DNA of 64,000 bases from a virus. Positions 30,527 to 41,815 of the stretch are shown in pieces. Made by a program: the position numbers and the translations under genes. Location of the stretch: positions 89,556 through 153,555 of IMG/VR virus record IMGVR_UViG_3300021963_000034; one strand, given 5' to 3'. Below the pieces are notes generated by a model that saw only the letters and a list, made by a program, of their open reading frames with translations, was not told the DNA's origin and searched no databases. Position 1 is the stretch's first letter; each line of letters opens with the position of its first letter.

Positions 30527-31516
30527 CTAACAAGGAACAACTACATCAAAATTTCCTAAAAGATTTCAAAGAACTTCTGGAGAAGTATGACGCAATCTTT
30601 CAAGTTTCTGATATTATTGATGGTTGTGTTCCCAGTATTGTCTTTCCTTCTTATTATGATTATGAGAATGATAGATTAGCAAGAGAATACAGCATTCTTG
30701 AAATTCCTAATTACATCAATTCACACCGATGATTACCGCAACCGAACTGCTAGAGTTTCTCACCAAAGCACAGAAAGTTTCTCCTTGTGGAGCAACCTTT
30801 CGTCAAATAGATGGAGGTTATTACATCACTCTCTATTGTGATTGGTATGATGATGGTATATATCACAAACAAAGTGTTTTTATTGATAACAAAGGTAATT
30901 CCACTTGGGATACTGGGGATTATGATTTTGGGACGATGAGTGGTATTTTAGATGAGATGGTTGAGAGAGAAAAACAGAAAGAAATCAAAGAACAAAAACG
31001 ACAAGAACTGATTGCTCGTTTGACTGATGAAGAAAAGGATTTGTTAGGTGTAAAATGACTAAAATCAAATCTAAATTCAAAGAAAATCCATTTCATATTG
31101 TAAGTAAAGAGCATTTGGTTGAAGTGTGGTTAGGAGAACCTAATGATGCTGAGAGTGATTACATTCTCTCTATTGATAAATTTTGGTTGCCTGAATTGAT
31201 TACCAAACTTAAAGAAGTAAGATTATGACTGACCGAATTCAAGTAAAAGAAACCAAAAGAGTTTATTGGGAATTTGAAGGTTCCCTTGAAGATATTATTT
31301 CCAAACTTCAATCTGCATTAGATGAAGGTTGGGAAGGTATTGATATGGAATACGAACAATATGACGGTTATCAAGAGTATTATCTCTACAAGCATCGTCC
31401 CGAAACCGACAAAGAGTATGCGAAACGAATGAAAGAACGGGAAAAGAAAAAAGCAGCAGAACTCAAAGCAAAAGAACGCAGACGCAAAGAGTATGAGAAA
31501 CTGAAAAAGGAGTTTG

Positions 31517-31575
31517 GGGACACTTGATGAACTGGCACACAGAGGGTTCCACCACCCTCTGTTTCGTTGTATAAT
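31517..31575 (+). promoter_or_regulatory. palindrome-promoter element #4
   Basis: GGGACA-cttgatgaac-TGGCAC; acagagggt/accctctgt hairpin; TATAAT. Confidence 0.75.
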
Positions 31576-32732
31576 AACCTCATACACAACAGAGGTTCTT
31601 CCAAATGGGTCTTGATATGTTCCTTTATGCTGACCTTTCTCCACAAGCACAAGTAATTGTAGATGCTTATGAGAACACTACTGATAAGTATAAAGCACTT
31701 GCTGATGTTCTTCGTGCTCTTGCAAAACAAAGCACTTTTGCCGACACTAGAGTTGGTGTAACGGAAAAGGTGGTTCTTGTTGATGACATTCTCAAAATCG
31801 CAACTGAACTGGAGCAAATCTGATGGACTACGAAACTGAAATCATAGATGGACGCAAAGCAGTTGTCCGTCATTTCTTCAAGGCACACGAAATCCAAGTT
31901 GGTTCTCGTTGGGCACGAGCAGATGGTTCCAAAGGTTATGTGACTGTTGAAGGTTTCAATACTTATGGATCTACAAACCCTTGGATTGAAGTTGTGTATT
32001 CTTGGGAACTAAATGGAGAGAAATTTATTCACGAAAAGGATGTTTTTATCTTTCAGTCAAAGTATTGTTTGATTGTGGAGGACTGATGCCTGACGACCAT
32101 TATCAATCAGAAAAACTGATTACTAAATCACTTCTATCATACAAAGGTCTTATTCCATCAATCAATTTCAACGAGGATGAATACTCTCTCTATCTCCAAT
32201 ATGCTTCTGTTGTTGAGTTAGAGAGGGATGTTATATGTGAGGCAACTTATGTGGAGATTATGAAAACTCTTATTTACGAGAAAGTGAAATGACTGACGAA
32301 CAAATCCTAAAACTTGCTGAAACCTGTGAGTTTGACAGACACCACAGCAAAATAACACTTACAACTTACTGGGAATGTGATGAAATAGACCTCTTGAAGT
32401 TTGCCCAAGAAATTCGTAAGAAAACGATTGATGAAATCCTCACTACATTAGAAGAAGTTCCTAATCCAGAAGCAAACCGAACAGCAATCAATCGTATTAG
32501 GAGTATTTGATGATGACTGACGAACAAAAACTCACACTTCTTCTCAAAGTTCTCAAAGAATACGCAGAGAAGGAACACTGCTACAATAGGTATGGTGATG
32601 ATTTCAATCCAAATGATTATACTAGTGGTGATGTTGCCTTTGAGGTAGGTGCTGATTATGGTGAGATTACCTTTGCCCGCACACTTTTAGAACAGATTGG
32701 TGTAGAATTTGAACATCCTGTGATGAAAGAAA

Positions 32733-33569
32733 ATGACTGACCTTAAATTCACATCACCAAGTGGAGAAACTACCCTAAAAGTTGAAGATACTGGTAGAAT
32801 AGGAACAGTAGCACCTAAAACACAACTACACATTAAAATGGATGAACCTGTGAAATACGAAACTCCTATGACTGCGATTGAAGATATTGAGGCACAAATC
32901 AAAGTGCTTCAAAGTAAGTTGGAATTTTATAAGGAGTTGGAACGAACAAAAACTCCTTGCGAAGAAGCATATAAAAGAGTTTATGGTAATTATCCTACGA
33001 CTCATATTACTGATGGATGTTGGGACAGTCCAACTTGGATGCACTTTGTGAATGGATATAAGTCCGCACAAAAGGATTATAAGGTGGGAGAGTTTCAAGA
33101 AACTGTACAAGAACGAGGAGAACGACTTCATAAGGATGTGGAAAGAACTGTTCGTGAGAGTGTGAAATGGTGTGAAGAGCATCCAGATACAGACCCATTA
33201 GATTGGTTGAAACCACAGACACCAGAGCAAACCGAACAATCACTCAAAGAGGCATTTAGAGAGGCACAACAAACGGAAAAGTGGAAAGAACTTCAAAGAA
33301 AGATTGATGAAGAAGATAATGATAAGAACTTCAAGAACTCTCTTGACCTTATCAAAGAATGGGGTGAGAAGAATAAACCACCCACTCTAAAAGAACTCTT
33401 GTGGGAATGGTGGGAAGACATCTTTACTGTGGATGCTGATTTAGATGCTGATGCTTCTATTGATGTTCTTGTAGATATTATTGATAAAAAGTTTATTCCA
33501 CCTTCAAGTGAAAAGAATGGGTATGAATGGGAAAAGTGCTTGAAAATTATGAGGGATAAATTGAGGTAG
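32733..33569 (+). CDS. hypothetical, apparently chimeric protein
   Basis: 278-aa ORF; fibre-like N-terminal peptide followed by acidic helical segments. Confidence 0.55.
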   Translation: MTDLKFTSPSGETTLKVEDTGRIGTVAPKTQLHIKMDEPVKYETPMTAIEDIEAQIKVLQSKLEFYKELERTKTPCEEAYKRVYGNYPTTHITDGCWDSPTWMHFVNGYKSAQKDYKVGEFQETVQERGERLHKDVERTVRESVKWCEEHPDTDPLDWLKPQTPEQTEQSLKEAFREAQQTEKWKELQRKIDEEDNDKNFKNSLDLIKEWGEKNKPPTLKELLWEWWEDIFTVDADLDADASIDVLVDIIDKKFIPPSSEKNGYEWEKCLKIMRDKLR

Positions 33570-33582
33570 TATAAATACAAAT

Positions 33583-33640
33583 GTCTATAGAACCCGCAAT
33601 CTCTACAGATAAGATTAGGTGCTTTAGGGCACCTTTTCTA
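33583..33640 (+). ncRNA. putative late small RNA complementary to the HNH endonuclease leader
   Basis: TATAAATA 33570-77; CTATAGAACCCGCA complementary to TGCGGGTTTAATAG (33654-67); terminator aggtgct-ttag-ggcacct-ttt; second TATAAATA 33642-49. Confidence 0.45.
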
Positions 33641-33674
33641 TTATAAATAGAAGTGCGGGTTTAATAGAATAGAA

Positions 33675-34379
33675 ATGAACTATCTAAAGGTTTATTGTAA
33701 TCTTATCAGGAAAGCAGAGAACAGAACTCCTCCTGAAGGTTATACAGAAAATCACCATACATTTCCAAAAAGTATTTTTGGAAAGAATAATAGAATTGTC
33801 GTGCTTACTGGAAGAGAACATTACATAGCACACGCATTACTTGAAAAAGCATTTATAAAGAGATATGGATTGAATAATATAAAAACGCAAAAAATGATAA
33901 AAGCATTTTGGTGTATGAATAATCAAAAGACAAAAAATACATATTTGAATTCTCATTTATATGAAAGTTCAAGAATAAGATTTATTGAAAATATAAAAGG
34001 AGAAAATCACTACTGGTATGGAAAAAAACATTCCCAAAAAACAAGAGAAAGAATGAAAGAAGCACAAAAAGGTGAAAATCATCCAATGTATGGTAAAACT
34101 CATACTGAAGAGACAAGAGAAAAAATGAGTAAATCTCATTTAGGAAAACCATCATCAAAGGGAATGTTGGGTAAAAAACAAACTGAAGAAGCAAAACAAA
34201 AAATAAGAGAAAGTAAAGAAGTCAAATCTTTTTCAGTAATAAGTCCTACTGGTGAAATAATTCATTCTAAAAATACTAAACAATTTTGTAGAGATAATAA
34301 TTTAGATAAAGGGCACTTTTCTCAAGTTTTGAACGGAAAACGACCAATTCATAAAGGATTTCGTCTCTATACTGGATAA
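33675..34379 (+). CDS. free-standing HNH homing endonuclease with NUMOD3 repeats
   Basis: YTENHHTFPKS...NRIVVLTGREHYIAHALL; GENHYWYGKKHS, GENHPMYGKTHT repeats. Confidence 0.85.
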   Translation: MNYLKVYCNLIRKAENRTPPEGYTENHHTFPKSIFGKNNRIVVLTGREHYIAHALLEKAFIKRYGLNNIKTQKMIKAFWCMNNQKTKNTYLNSHLYESSRIRFIENIKGENHYWYGKKHSQKTRERMKEAQKGENHPMYGKTHTEETREKMSKSHLGKPSSKGMLGKKQTEEAKQKIRESKEVKSFSVISPTGEIIHSKNTKQFCRDNNLDKGHFSQVLNGKRPIHKGFRLYTG

Positions 34380-34437
34380 GGACACTTGAAGAACCGTCAC
34401 AGAGGCACTTGAAAACGGGTGCTCTTTCTGGTATGAT
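34379..34437 (+). promoter_or_regulatory. palindrome-promoter element #5
   Basis: AGGACA-cttgaagaac-CGTCAC; TTGAAA-N17-TATGAT. Confidence 0.75.
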
Positions 34438-34460
34438 ACTCTTATACACAAAGACATCTC

Positions 34461-34637
34461 ATGTCCGAAAACCTTTTAGTGTTTTGTTTTGGTTGTTTGC
34501 TTACCTCAAATGGGTTATTATTAATGTCATCAGACCATTGTAAAAAAGAGAAAATCAAACAAGAACGAAATGATGCTATTGTTTTTTGTGTAGAAAATCC
34601 AACCAAGTGTAAGACCGAATACCTGAAATTACGATAA
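34461..34637 (+). CDS. small membrane protein (paralog of 28370..28564), not in ORF track
   Basis: IVFCVENPTKCKTEY vs INFCVEKPADCKTKY. Confidence 0.6.
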   Translation: MSENLLVFCFGCLLTSNGLLLMSSDHCKKEKIKQERNDAIVFCVENPTKCKTEYLKLR

Positions 34638-35015
34638 TGCCATTCTTTCCAGATTGCTATGATGAGTGGGGTCTTTATAAGATTACTTATGATGGAGACC
34701 ACAAACTATATGAAATGCTATTTGAGGGCACAGAAGAAGAGTGCCGTCAATATGCTTATGACAACTACACAGATAAAGAACAGGGTGATATGTGTTTGAT
34801 GGACTGGGAAGCAAGGGAGTGGAGTGTATGACTGACCGAAACTTCAAGAAAGAACTGAATTACTATGTCTATAATGACCCAGAGTATAGTGAAGATATTG
34901 AAACAATTGATTATGATTGTCTGATTGGTATTATCACCGAGTTGTGTGATAGAATTGAAAAACTTGAGGACAAAGTAGATGAACTTAACCCTAACCCGAG
35001 ATGGAGTTTGGATTG

Positions 35016-35750
35016 ATGACTGAACACAATCTGCCAGACAAGGATGATGCTCCTTGGTTAAATACACAATACGATGGTTTTATGACTCACGAGGAAATGT
35101 TGGAACTTGCTGCACAACGAGAAGCAGATAATAAAGCATTAGAAGCATTAGACAAACTCTATGATGAGAATGGTGATGCTCTTCAACAACTTGCTGCGAT
35201 TGAAAGAGAGGAACTACTTGAAAAAATGAATTCACAAGCAATTCAAACTGCTATTGCTGGTATTGATAAGTATTCCGATGCTCTCAAAGAACTTCGTAAG
35301 ATTGAACATGAAGAACTGATTGAAGAACTGCAAGCAAAGAAGAAAGAAAACTTTCAACTAGTTGCTGATGCTTGTATGAAAGAATATGAGCAAAAGTATC
35401 ATCGTGATGTATTCCCAGTAGATGAATATTGGGTGTATATGGTTGCTGAATACTTTGGCACTGGTGAAGGTCAAACTGTGTGTATTATGATGACACAGGC
35501 AGTTCCTAGTCATGCGGAAGATTTTGAAACCTCTAACAATAGGTATGTTCCTTGTACAACCAAAGAATATCGTGCAGTGCGTGAGTTTCATGAACAATTT
35601 GGTACTTGGTATCTTCATGGTCTCAGATTTCTCACTAAAGAAGATTTCTTTAGTGAATATTCATACTACATTCCTCCAGCAATGATGAAACTTCTCAATA
35701 GGAGTTGCTTCAAAGACTTCTACACCCGTGTTCATTACAATTTCTCATAA
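35016..35750 (+). CDS. hypothetical protein (coiled-coil N-terminus)
   Basis: about 244-aa ORF in a coupled array. Confidence 0.6.
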   Translation: MTEHNLPDKDDAPWLNTQYDGFMTHEEMLELAAQREADNKALEALDKLYDENGDALQQLAAIEREELLEKMNSQAIQTAIAGIDKYSDALKELRKIEHEELIEELQAKKKENFQLVADACMKEYEQKYHRDVFPVDEYWVYMVAEYFGTGEGQTVCIMMTQAVPSHAEDFETSNNRYVPCTTKEYRAVREFHEQFGTWYLHGLRFLTKEDFFSEYSYYIPPAMMKLLNRSCFKDFYTRVHYNFS

Positions 35751-36310
35751 TGGATTTCACAAAACGCCAACTGGTTCTATTGACAACGGCACTTACTCTG
35801 TTCTATGATGAGATTGCAAAGACCGCAAAACCAGAGTTCAAAGCAGAAGTAATGGAACTTGCACAGATGGTTCAGGATGCTTATGAGAACGCAGAATGAG
35901 TAGATTTCAAGAAAATCCAGACGAAATTGTACTTCAAGACATTCAAATGTTTCATCTTGAAAGTATGAATGAACGCACCTTATGGGTTGGTGTGTATACT
36001 GAAGACGATAAAATCTATCACTTGAATATTTCTGCGGATGGTGATAAACTGAGGTACTATTGGAGTGATGAGACGCCATGAGGTTTGAAAATCCAACAAA
36101 ATGGGAAATCTTCCTTGATGGTTTCCATAACTTCTGGAACTGCCTGGATTGTTATAATGATGGTGATACTTGGGGATACGATGAGTTCTGGGAAGGATTA
36201 AATCTTGGGTTTTATATGATGGAAATTTATGACTATGATGACCCATTTAATCCATCTGTTTTGAGTAAGCAAAGGAAAAGGTTGTATGGAATTTATGAAT
36301 AAATAGTCGT

Positions 36311-36365
36311 ACCTAATTTGGTGGTTCTTTTTAGGTTGGGATAAAGCACCTTCGGGTGCTTTTCC
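36311..36365 (+). ncRNA. putative late small RNA complementary to the GIY-YIG-like endonuclease leader
   Basis: AATAAATA 36298-305; CTAATTTGGTGGTT (36313-26) is the exact reverse complement of AACCACCAAATTAG (36381-94); terminator aaagcacc-ttcg-ggtgcttt; second TATAAATA 36368-75. Confidence 0.5.
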
Positions 36366-36403
36366 TGTATAAATACTAATAACCACCAAATTAGAGTAGA
36401 TCT

Positions 36404-37123
36404 ATGAAAGACCCTAACAGGTTTTATACTTACGCATACCTGCGAGAAGATAGAACACCTTACTATGTTGGTAAAGGTGAAGGAAGAAGATTGTATAAAA
36501 AAGGAAAGTGTGAAGTTAAACCTCCAAAAGATAAATCAAGAGTAATCTTTTTAAAAGAAAATCTAACAGAAGAAGAAGCATTTAAGCACGAAATCTATAT
36601 GATTGATGTGCTTGGTAGAAAAGATGTTGGAACTGGAATATTAAGAAATAGAACTAATGGTGGTGATGGATTAAGTGGATATGTTCCCACACCAGAAACT
36701 ATTCTAAAATTAAAAAATAGAGAGTGTAGTGAAAAAACAAGAGAAAAAATAAGAAAATCAAACAAAAAAGTTTGGGAAAATGAAGAATTAAGAAAAAGAA
36801 TGAGTGATATGAAGAAAGGAATACCTATTCCAGAAGAAAGAAAGAAAAAGATTTCTCTGGGGCATATGGGTAAAGTTGTGAGTGAAGAAACAAAACAAAA
36901 ATTGAGAGAGTATAATGTAAAATATTTGTATGAAATAAAAGACACACAAGGGAACATTTACACAACAGATAATCTCAATTATTTCTGTAAAATGAATGGA
37001 CTTGATACTGCTGCGATGCAGAGAGTTTGTTATGGAAAACAAAAATCACACACTCCAAAAAGAAAAGATAGAGTTCCTAATGTAGTGGGGTGGACGGTTC
37101 GCATACTGGAACATATCACTTGA
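36404..37123 (+). CDS. free-standing GIY-YIG-like homing endonuclease with NUMOD3 repeats
   Basis: FYTYAYLREDRTPYYVGKG..RR...EAFKHE...LRNRTNGGDG; SEKTREKI, SEETKQKL repeats. Confidence 0.8.
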   Translation: MKDPNRFYTYAYLREDRTPYYVGKGEGRRLYKKGKCEVKPPKDKSRVIFLKENLTEEEAFKHEIYMIDVLGRKDVGTGILRNRTNGGDGLSGYVPTPETILKLKNRECSEKTREKIRKSNKKVWENEELRKRMSDMKKGIPIPEERKKKISLGHMGKVVSEETKQKLREYNVKYLYEIKDTQGNIYTTDNLNYFCKMNGLDTAAMQRVCYGKQKSHTPKRKDRVPNVVGWTVRILEHIT

Positions 37124-37148
37124 TTATGTGTTCTGCCTGTGTTATGAT
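37091..37148 (+). promoter_or_regulatory. degenerate palindrome-promoter element #6
   Basis: TGGACG-N10-TGGAAC; TTGATT-N17-TATGAT at the conserved 30-bp offset. Confidence 0.55.
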
Positions 37149-39406
37149 ACTTTCATAGATAAAAACAAAAATGAACTTTCTACGGTCATTATGGTACAAG
37201 TTTCAAGAGTGGAGATATGAAAGAAAATGTCTCAAACATCTTGGTATAAAACCTACAAAAATGTATGTAAGTAAAGAAGCATATGATGCTCTTGTAGAAG
37301 CAATCAACAATCCACCAGACCCTGAGAAAGTAGAAAGACTTAGGGAAATTATGAATAAAAAAGCACCTTGGGATGAACTTTGGGATGAAAAATGAATAAA
37401 GGTATTTTTATTTTTGTTATTGGCATTTCCATAGTTATGTTTGGTTTGAATGTTGGTATGAGTCACATAGAATCACGACCATCACCACCAGAGACAAGGT
37501 TTGAAGTGATTGATACTTACAAAGGTTGTGATGTAGTACAATATCTTCCTGAATATTCTGGTAGATATTATTTCTTTCTGCACTGCAAATGAACGAGAAA
37601 TCTAAAATATACTATAATGTCTGGTGTTGTGCATATCAACGCAGAGGACTATATAAAGGAACTGATAGGGAACACAGAGAGCACGAAACTGTGCGTATGT
37701 GTCTTGATATGAAAGATGTAAAGTTTCATCAGTTTGATACAGAAAAACCGCATTATCTCTAATGACTTGGATCGATTACTACATTAACCACTGCTGGTTT
37801 ACTGGTTGGCAAAACATTCGCGGATCATTTCGTATCTGGCGTGATTTGATGACTGGAAACTATAAGGACTATGCACTAATGTGGTATGACGACCCTTATG
37901 AAGAATGTTTGTCTTGGTTCTGGTCGCAACTGGGCGAAGATGATACTCTATCTAAAGAGTTCTTAGAACATTTGCAACAAATGGCAGAAGATGTAAAGAC
38001 TGGTAAAGTTAAAACAATTCCATTTACTCAAGAAATGATTGATAAACTTGATGACCTTGTTGGTGATATTGAAGTGGATTTAAATAAAAAGTTACCTAAT
38101 GAAGACATTACCTGATAAAAACGAATTGCGTATTATGTGGACTGTTGCTACTTCATCCGCAATTGAATCTAGACAACCTGCATACGAAATCTTTGCTAAT
38201 CTATTGTATAATGACCTAAGCGATAAAGAATTTCCTATTAAACTTGGAGAAGGATGATGGGCATGTTTGACTATTTGAGGTCTTCCTATGATCTTGGAGA
38301 ACAATTCACAAATGTAGAACTACACACCAAAGATATTGAAGACGAAATAGGTGGCACAATGTCTCACTATTGGTTAGACCCTCACGGATATTTGTATTGT
38401 ATTGATTATTCATATACTGCAGACTTTGTTGAGATTAAGGAGGGTGATGATGAATATAATCCTACACACTTGTGGTGTAACTTTAAATGGGTTCCTAACG
38501 GCAATCACGGAAAAATCAGTCCTTGTATGCTTACCAAATATGTTGAGGTTTATCCTCCAACTTGGGATGGACAGTGGGAAGATTGGCCCCGTTGCAAAAT
38601 CCACTTCAAGTATGGTAGACTTATGGACTATGAGTTTGGAACACGATGATTTCTACTGAACTATTTCCTTATGATAAGTTTGGATTTAGACTAGAGTTTG
38701 GTGAGAAAAAGAACCCTACCGTCTGTTGGTTTGAGTGCCAAGAACACCTTGACAAATACCTAGAAAGGTATAAAATGGATATGAGAACTATTAAGATTGA
38801 TTATCGTGATGAACCCGTTGTCGTCAGTAAAAAACACAAGAGAAGTGTGGAACAAAAACCTAAACCAAAAGGTGACGGAGGTGCAAGTCCAGTTCGCAAA
38901 AGAAAACCCCGCGTGGATTCCACTAGAAACACTACTCGCTCTACAAAGTCTAAAAAATGATACAGGTAACTGAAAATGAAGACAAATCATTCACCATCAG
39001 TTGGGACGAAACTTCTCCTACGGAAAGTATTCTCAACACCTGGACTGAAGAAGACTTCATCAAAGTCATTATGGAACATCTTCAAAAACTGAAAGATAAT
39101 GAATGATAAAACAAAACTCATTCTTGCTCTAATGCAAATTGATAATCTTACTGAACTGCTAAAAGGAAATCAGTATCAAGACTTTCTATACAGTAAACTA
39201 ATCTCCACACGAATTGAACTACAAAGGCAACTGAATCATTATGAGTAAACAGTTTTATGACGACGATGCTTTTTATGTGGAGCAAAAAAGTTGGGGTACT
39301 TGGCAATCACATTATCCAGATGGAAAAGGTATTATCACATCACTAACTGAAGACCAATGCGTAACTGCTACTCGTTGGTATTTGAAAGCAAAACAAGAAG
39401 GTGAGT

Positions 39407-39435
39407 TTGACAAATCACCCGATAAAACTTATGAT
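39407..39435 (+). promoter_or_regulatory. sigma70-type promoter (intragenic)
   Basis: TTGACA-N17-TATGAT. Confidence 0.55.
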
Positions 39436-40286
39436 TCAACTGTTGGAGGAAAACTATGACTATTCGCAATTTTGTAGATAAAAATGGAAACTCTTGGGAG
39501 TGGGAAGAGACTGCAGAAACTGTAAAAGCAGTTCAAGAACTTGCAAAGTTTGCAGGGAATTACAACGGACCTCTTTATGCACCACACCCAGACTTGAAAA
39601 ATGAACAATAAACCACTGACGCCTGAAGAAGTGCAGCAAGCAGCAGAACAATTCTTTCCTTTGTTTCGCATTGTTAATAGTCGTATGCCTACAAATGCCA
39701 CAACAGAAGACACGCTCAAGGTAATGGAGACTGTCTGTAATCTTGCACACAAACTTCGTGCAGAAGAAGAGAAGATTAAGTTTGGATTTAATAAAAATGA
39801 AAGTAAGATTGAATCCTAATCAACAATTTTGGGCAAATATCTTTCGCTGTGCTGTAGAAAGGTCTAACATTTACTTCCAAGAAAAAGACCTTGGCAGACA
39901 CGCAAGAGAGCACACAACTGTTGTATTGGCATTGCAAAAAGGAGAACAATTTTGGAAAGAACTACTGTAGAATATCCTTACCACGTTCTTGATAAAACTA
40001 CTCCCTGGTATGAGTGGTTATGTTATTGTGAGATTTGTCACAGTTTGCAAATAAAACCCAGCATGAATAGATTTCTTACATACAATAGATACTATAAATC
40101 TATTGTAAAAAATGAAACTTAATTTTTTTAAGTGGGTGTTTCAACCTACAGAAAAAGAAATTTATCAAGATATCAATCTATATTCAATCATTCTTGATAT
40201 GCAAGAACGCATTGAAAAACTAGAATCTGAAAATATAGAGTTGACAAATAGTTTGTATGAATTTGAAAACAGACTACAAGCACAGA

Positions 40287-40315
40287 TTGACAACATACAC
40301 CCTGTCGTTTACAAT
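40287..40315 (+). promoter_or_regulatory. sigma70-type promoter for ferredoxin
   Basis: TTGACA-N17-TACAAT, 23 bp upstream of the petF ATG. Confidence 0.7.
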
Positions 40316-40338
40316 TTACAAGACTTTACACTAGACAA

Positions 40339-40629
40339 ATGACCTACTCTGTTACTCTTCAATCCCCTGATGGCACCAAAAATACTTTTGAATGTGCCGA
40401 AGATCAATATATCCTTGAAGCAGCTGAAGAAGCTGGTATTGATCTACCTTCCAGTTGCCGTGCTGGCGCTTGCTCTGCTTGTGCGGGCAAACTTCTTAGC
40501 GGCACCGTAGATAACGAGGAGCAGTCGTTCCTTGATGATGATCAAGTTTCTGAAGGTTGGGTACTGACTTGTGTTGCATATCCAACCAGTGATTGTGTAA
40601 TTTTAACTGAGCAAGAGGAAAATCTTTGA
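40339..40629 (+). CDS. petF: plant-type [2Fe-2S] ferredoxin
   Basis: [16 protein letters not shown]...SFLDDDQ...[11 protein letters not shown]. Confidence 0.95.
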   Translation: MTYSVTLQSPDGTKNTFECAEDQYILEAAEEAGIDLPSSCRAGACSACAGKLLSGTVDNEEQSFLDDDQVSEGWVLTCVAYPTSDCVILTEQEENL

Positions 40630-40802
40630 TGTATGAACTTGATGATTTTGAAAGAGCACTCGCACACTTTGGTACGAGGGTTGACATCATTATTGCACTT
40701 GAAATGGGTGGAAAAATTGATGCTCCTTCTGCATATAAAGAAATCAAAGCAGAACTCAAAGACCTCAAACGAGCAAAAAAACAGTACGCTAAGGATATGT
40801 GA
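40629..40802 (+). CDS. cyanobacteria-like small helical protein (DUF7219-like), not in ORF track
   Basis: [51 protein letters not shown]. Confidence 0.6.
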   Translation: MYELDDFERALAHFGTRVDIIIALEMGGKIDAPSAYKEIKAELKDLKRAKKQYAKDM

Positions 40803-40919
40803 TAAGTGTGGTGTTAAAAAACCTCTTAATGCTCACTATTTTCAACAAGTAAAATATTTTCGTGACGGTTTCTCTTATTACTGTCATGATTGTTCTAAAA
40901 CTAAACCAAGAGATTGATT

Positions 40920-41420
40920 ATGGATTTTGATTATAAAAAATATTCTCTTGAGAACCTTGAGAATTGGATGCACGATGCAATGTCTGCAGGTGAAGCAACT
41001 CCATATGAAATCTATGATGTTATTGTTAGTGTAGTGAAAGAAAATTATTACACATACAAACAAAAAGCATCTCAAGCATATGAACTTCTTGGACTTTTGA
41101 ATAGTGGTGTTGATAATAACAAATATCAGGATTATCTAAGTGAAATCTTGAGTTGTGATAAAGATGATCGTTCTCCCGAATGTCAAAGTGCTTGGGATGA
41201 CTTTTGGCAATCAAGTCACCAGGAATATTTGAATACTGAAGAAGATAAAATTGTAAAGTGGCAACTTCCTGTTCAAGTTGATGGATTGACCGGTGACTGT
41301 TATGTTAATTTTCCTGACGATCTGTTAGAAATAGCTAATTTGAAAGAAGGTGATCAATTAGAATGGGTTGACAATTATGATGGATCTTACACTCTAAAAA
41401 AGCATAATGTACACAATTAA
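40920..41420 (+). CDS. hypothetical protein with C-terminal AbrB/MazE-like DNA-binding domain
   Basis: YVNFPDDLLEIANLKEGDQLEWVDNYDGSYTLKK. Confidence 0.6.
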   Translation: MDFDYKKYSLENLENWMHDAMSAGEATPYEIYDVIVSVVKENYYTYKQKASQAYELLGLLNSGVDNNKYQDYLSEILSCDKDDRSPECQSAWDDFWQSSHQEYLNTEEDKIVKWQLPVQVDGLTGDCYVNFPDDLLEIANLKEGDQLEWVDNYDGSYTLKKHNVHN

Positions 41421-41584
41421 ACTTCTTGCACCTGCTGCTTTAATGATGTGTGTAGAAAGTGCATTATCTAACCGTGGATACTGTGCTCTTGACCAACCCA
41501 AACCATCTGTAGTAAGATACTATGAACCTGGTAAGTCCTGTTATGTCAACGGAACTTTTTATATTAAATGTGAGGATAGATTAA

Positions 41585-41815
41585 ATGGCTCTCTCTGAAA
41601 GTGTTGAAGAAAGTTTGAAAGAAGCAGAAGCAAATCTGAGAAATGCTCTTGCATACGCAGCGAGGCAGGAAAAACCTTTTATTTCTCGTGAGATTTCAGA
41701 AATCATTTGTCGTATTGATAGTATGATTAAGACTGATCAACTTCTTGATAAACTGGAAGATCGAATGAAAGGTTTTGGTGATGACAAAGGATCTTTTGGT
41801 TCTTTCTTTGGTTAA
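41585..41815 (+). CDS. conserved hypothetical protein
   Basis: MALSESVEESLKEAEANLRNALAYAARQEKP. Confidence 0.6.
   Translation: MALSESVEESLKEAEANLRNALAYAARQEKPFISREISEIICRIDSMIKTDQLLDKLEDRMKGFGDDKGSFGSFFG

Larger units (their letters stand above)
27194..33569 (+). other. array of about 25 translationally coupled small hypothetical ORFs
   Basis: consecutive ATGA/TGATG overlaps, e.g. 27194, 27385, 27651, 27836, 28155, 28370, 28728, 28933, 29099, 29272, 29826, 30126, 30341, 30523, 30729, 31225, 31605, 31823, 32086, 32289, 32507, 32733. Confidence 0.7.
37171..40342 (+). other. array of small hypothetical ORFs
   Basis: coupled ORFs 37171, 37392, 37762, 38254, 38646, 39241, 39601, 39797, 40112 and others. 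Confidence 0.65.

Noticed and set aside
33675-37123. Group I introns/inteins, or IscB/TnpB-type RNA-guided nucleases
   Set aside because: The endonucleases are intergenic with complete flanking ORFs, have no RuvC motifs, and the adjacent short RNAs match their own leaders.
40633-40917. Tracked 94-aa ORF as a single gene
   Set aside because: Its 5' half overlaps the better ORF 40629..40802; only the 3' CxxC...CxxC zinc-finger part is likely real.
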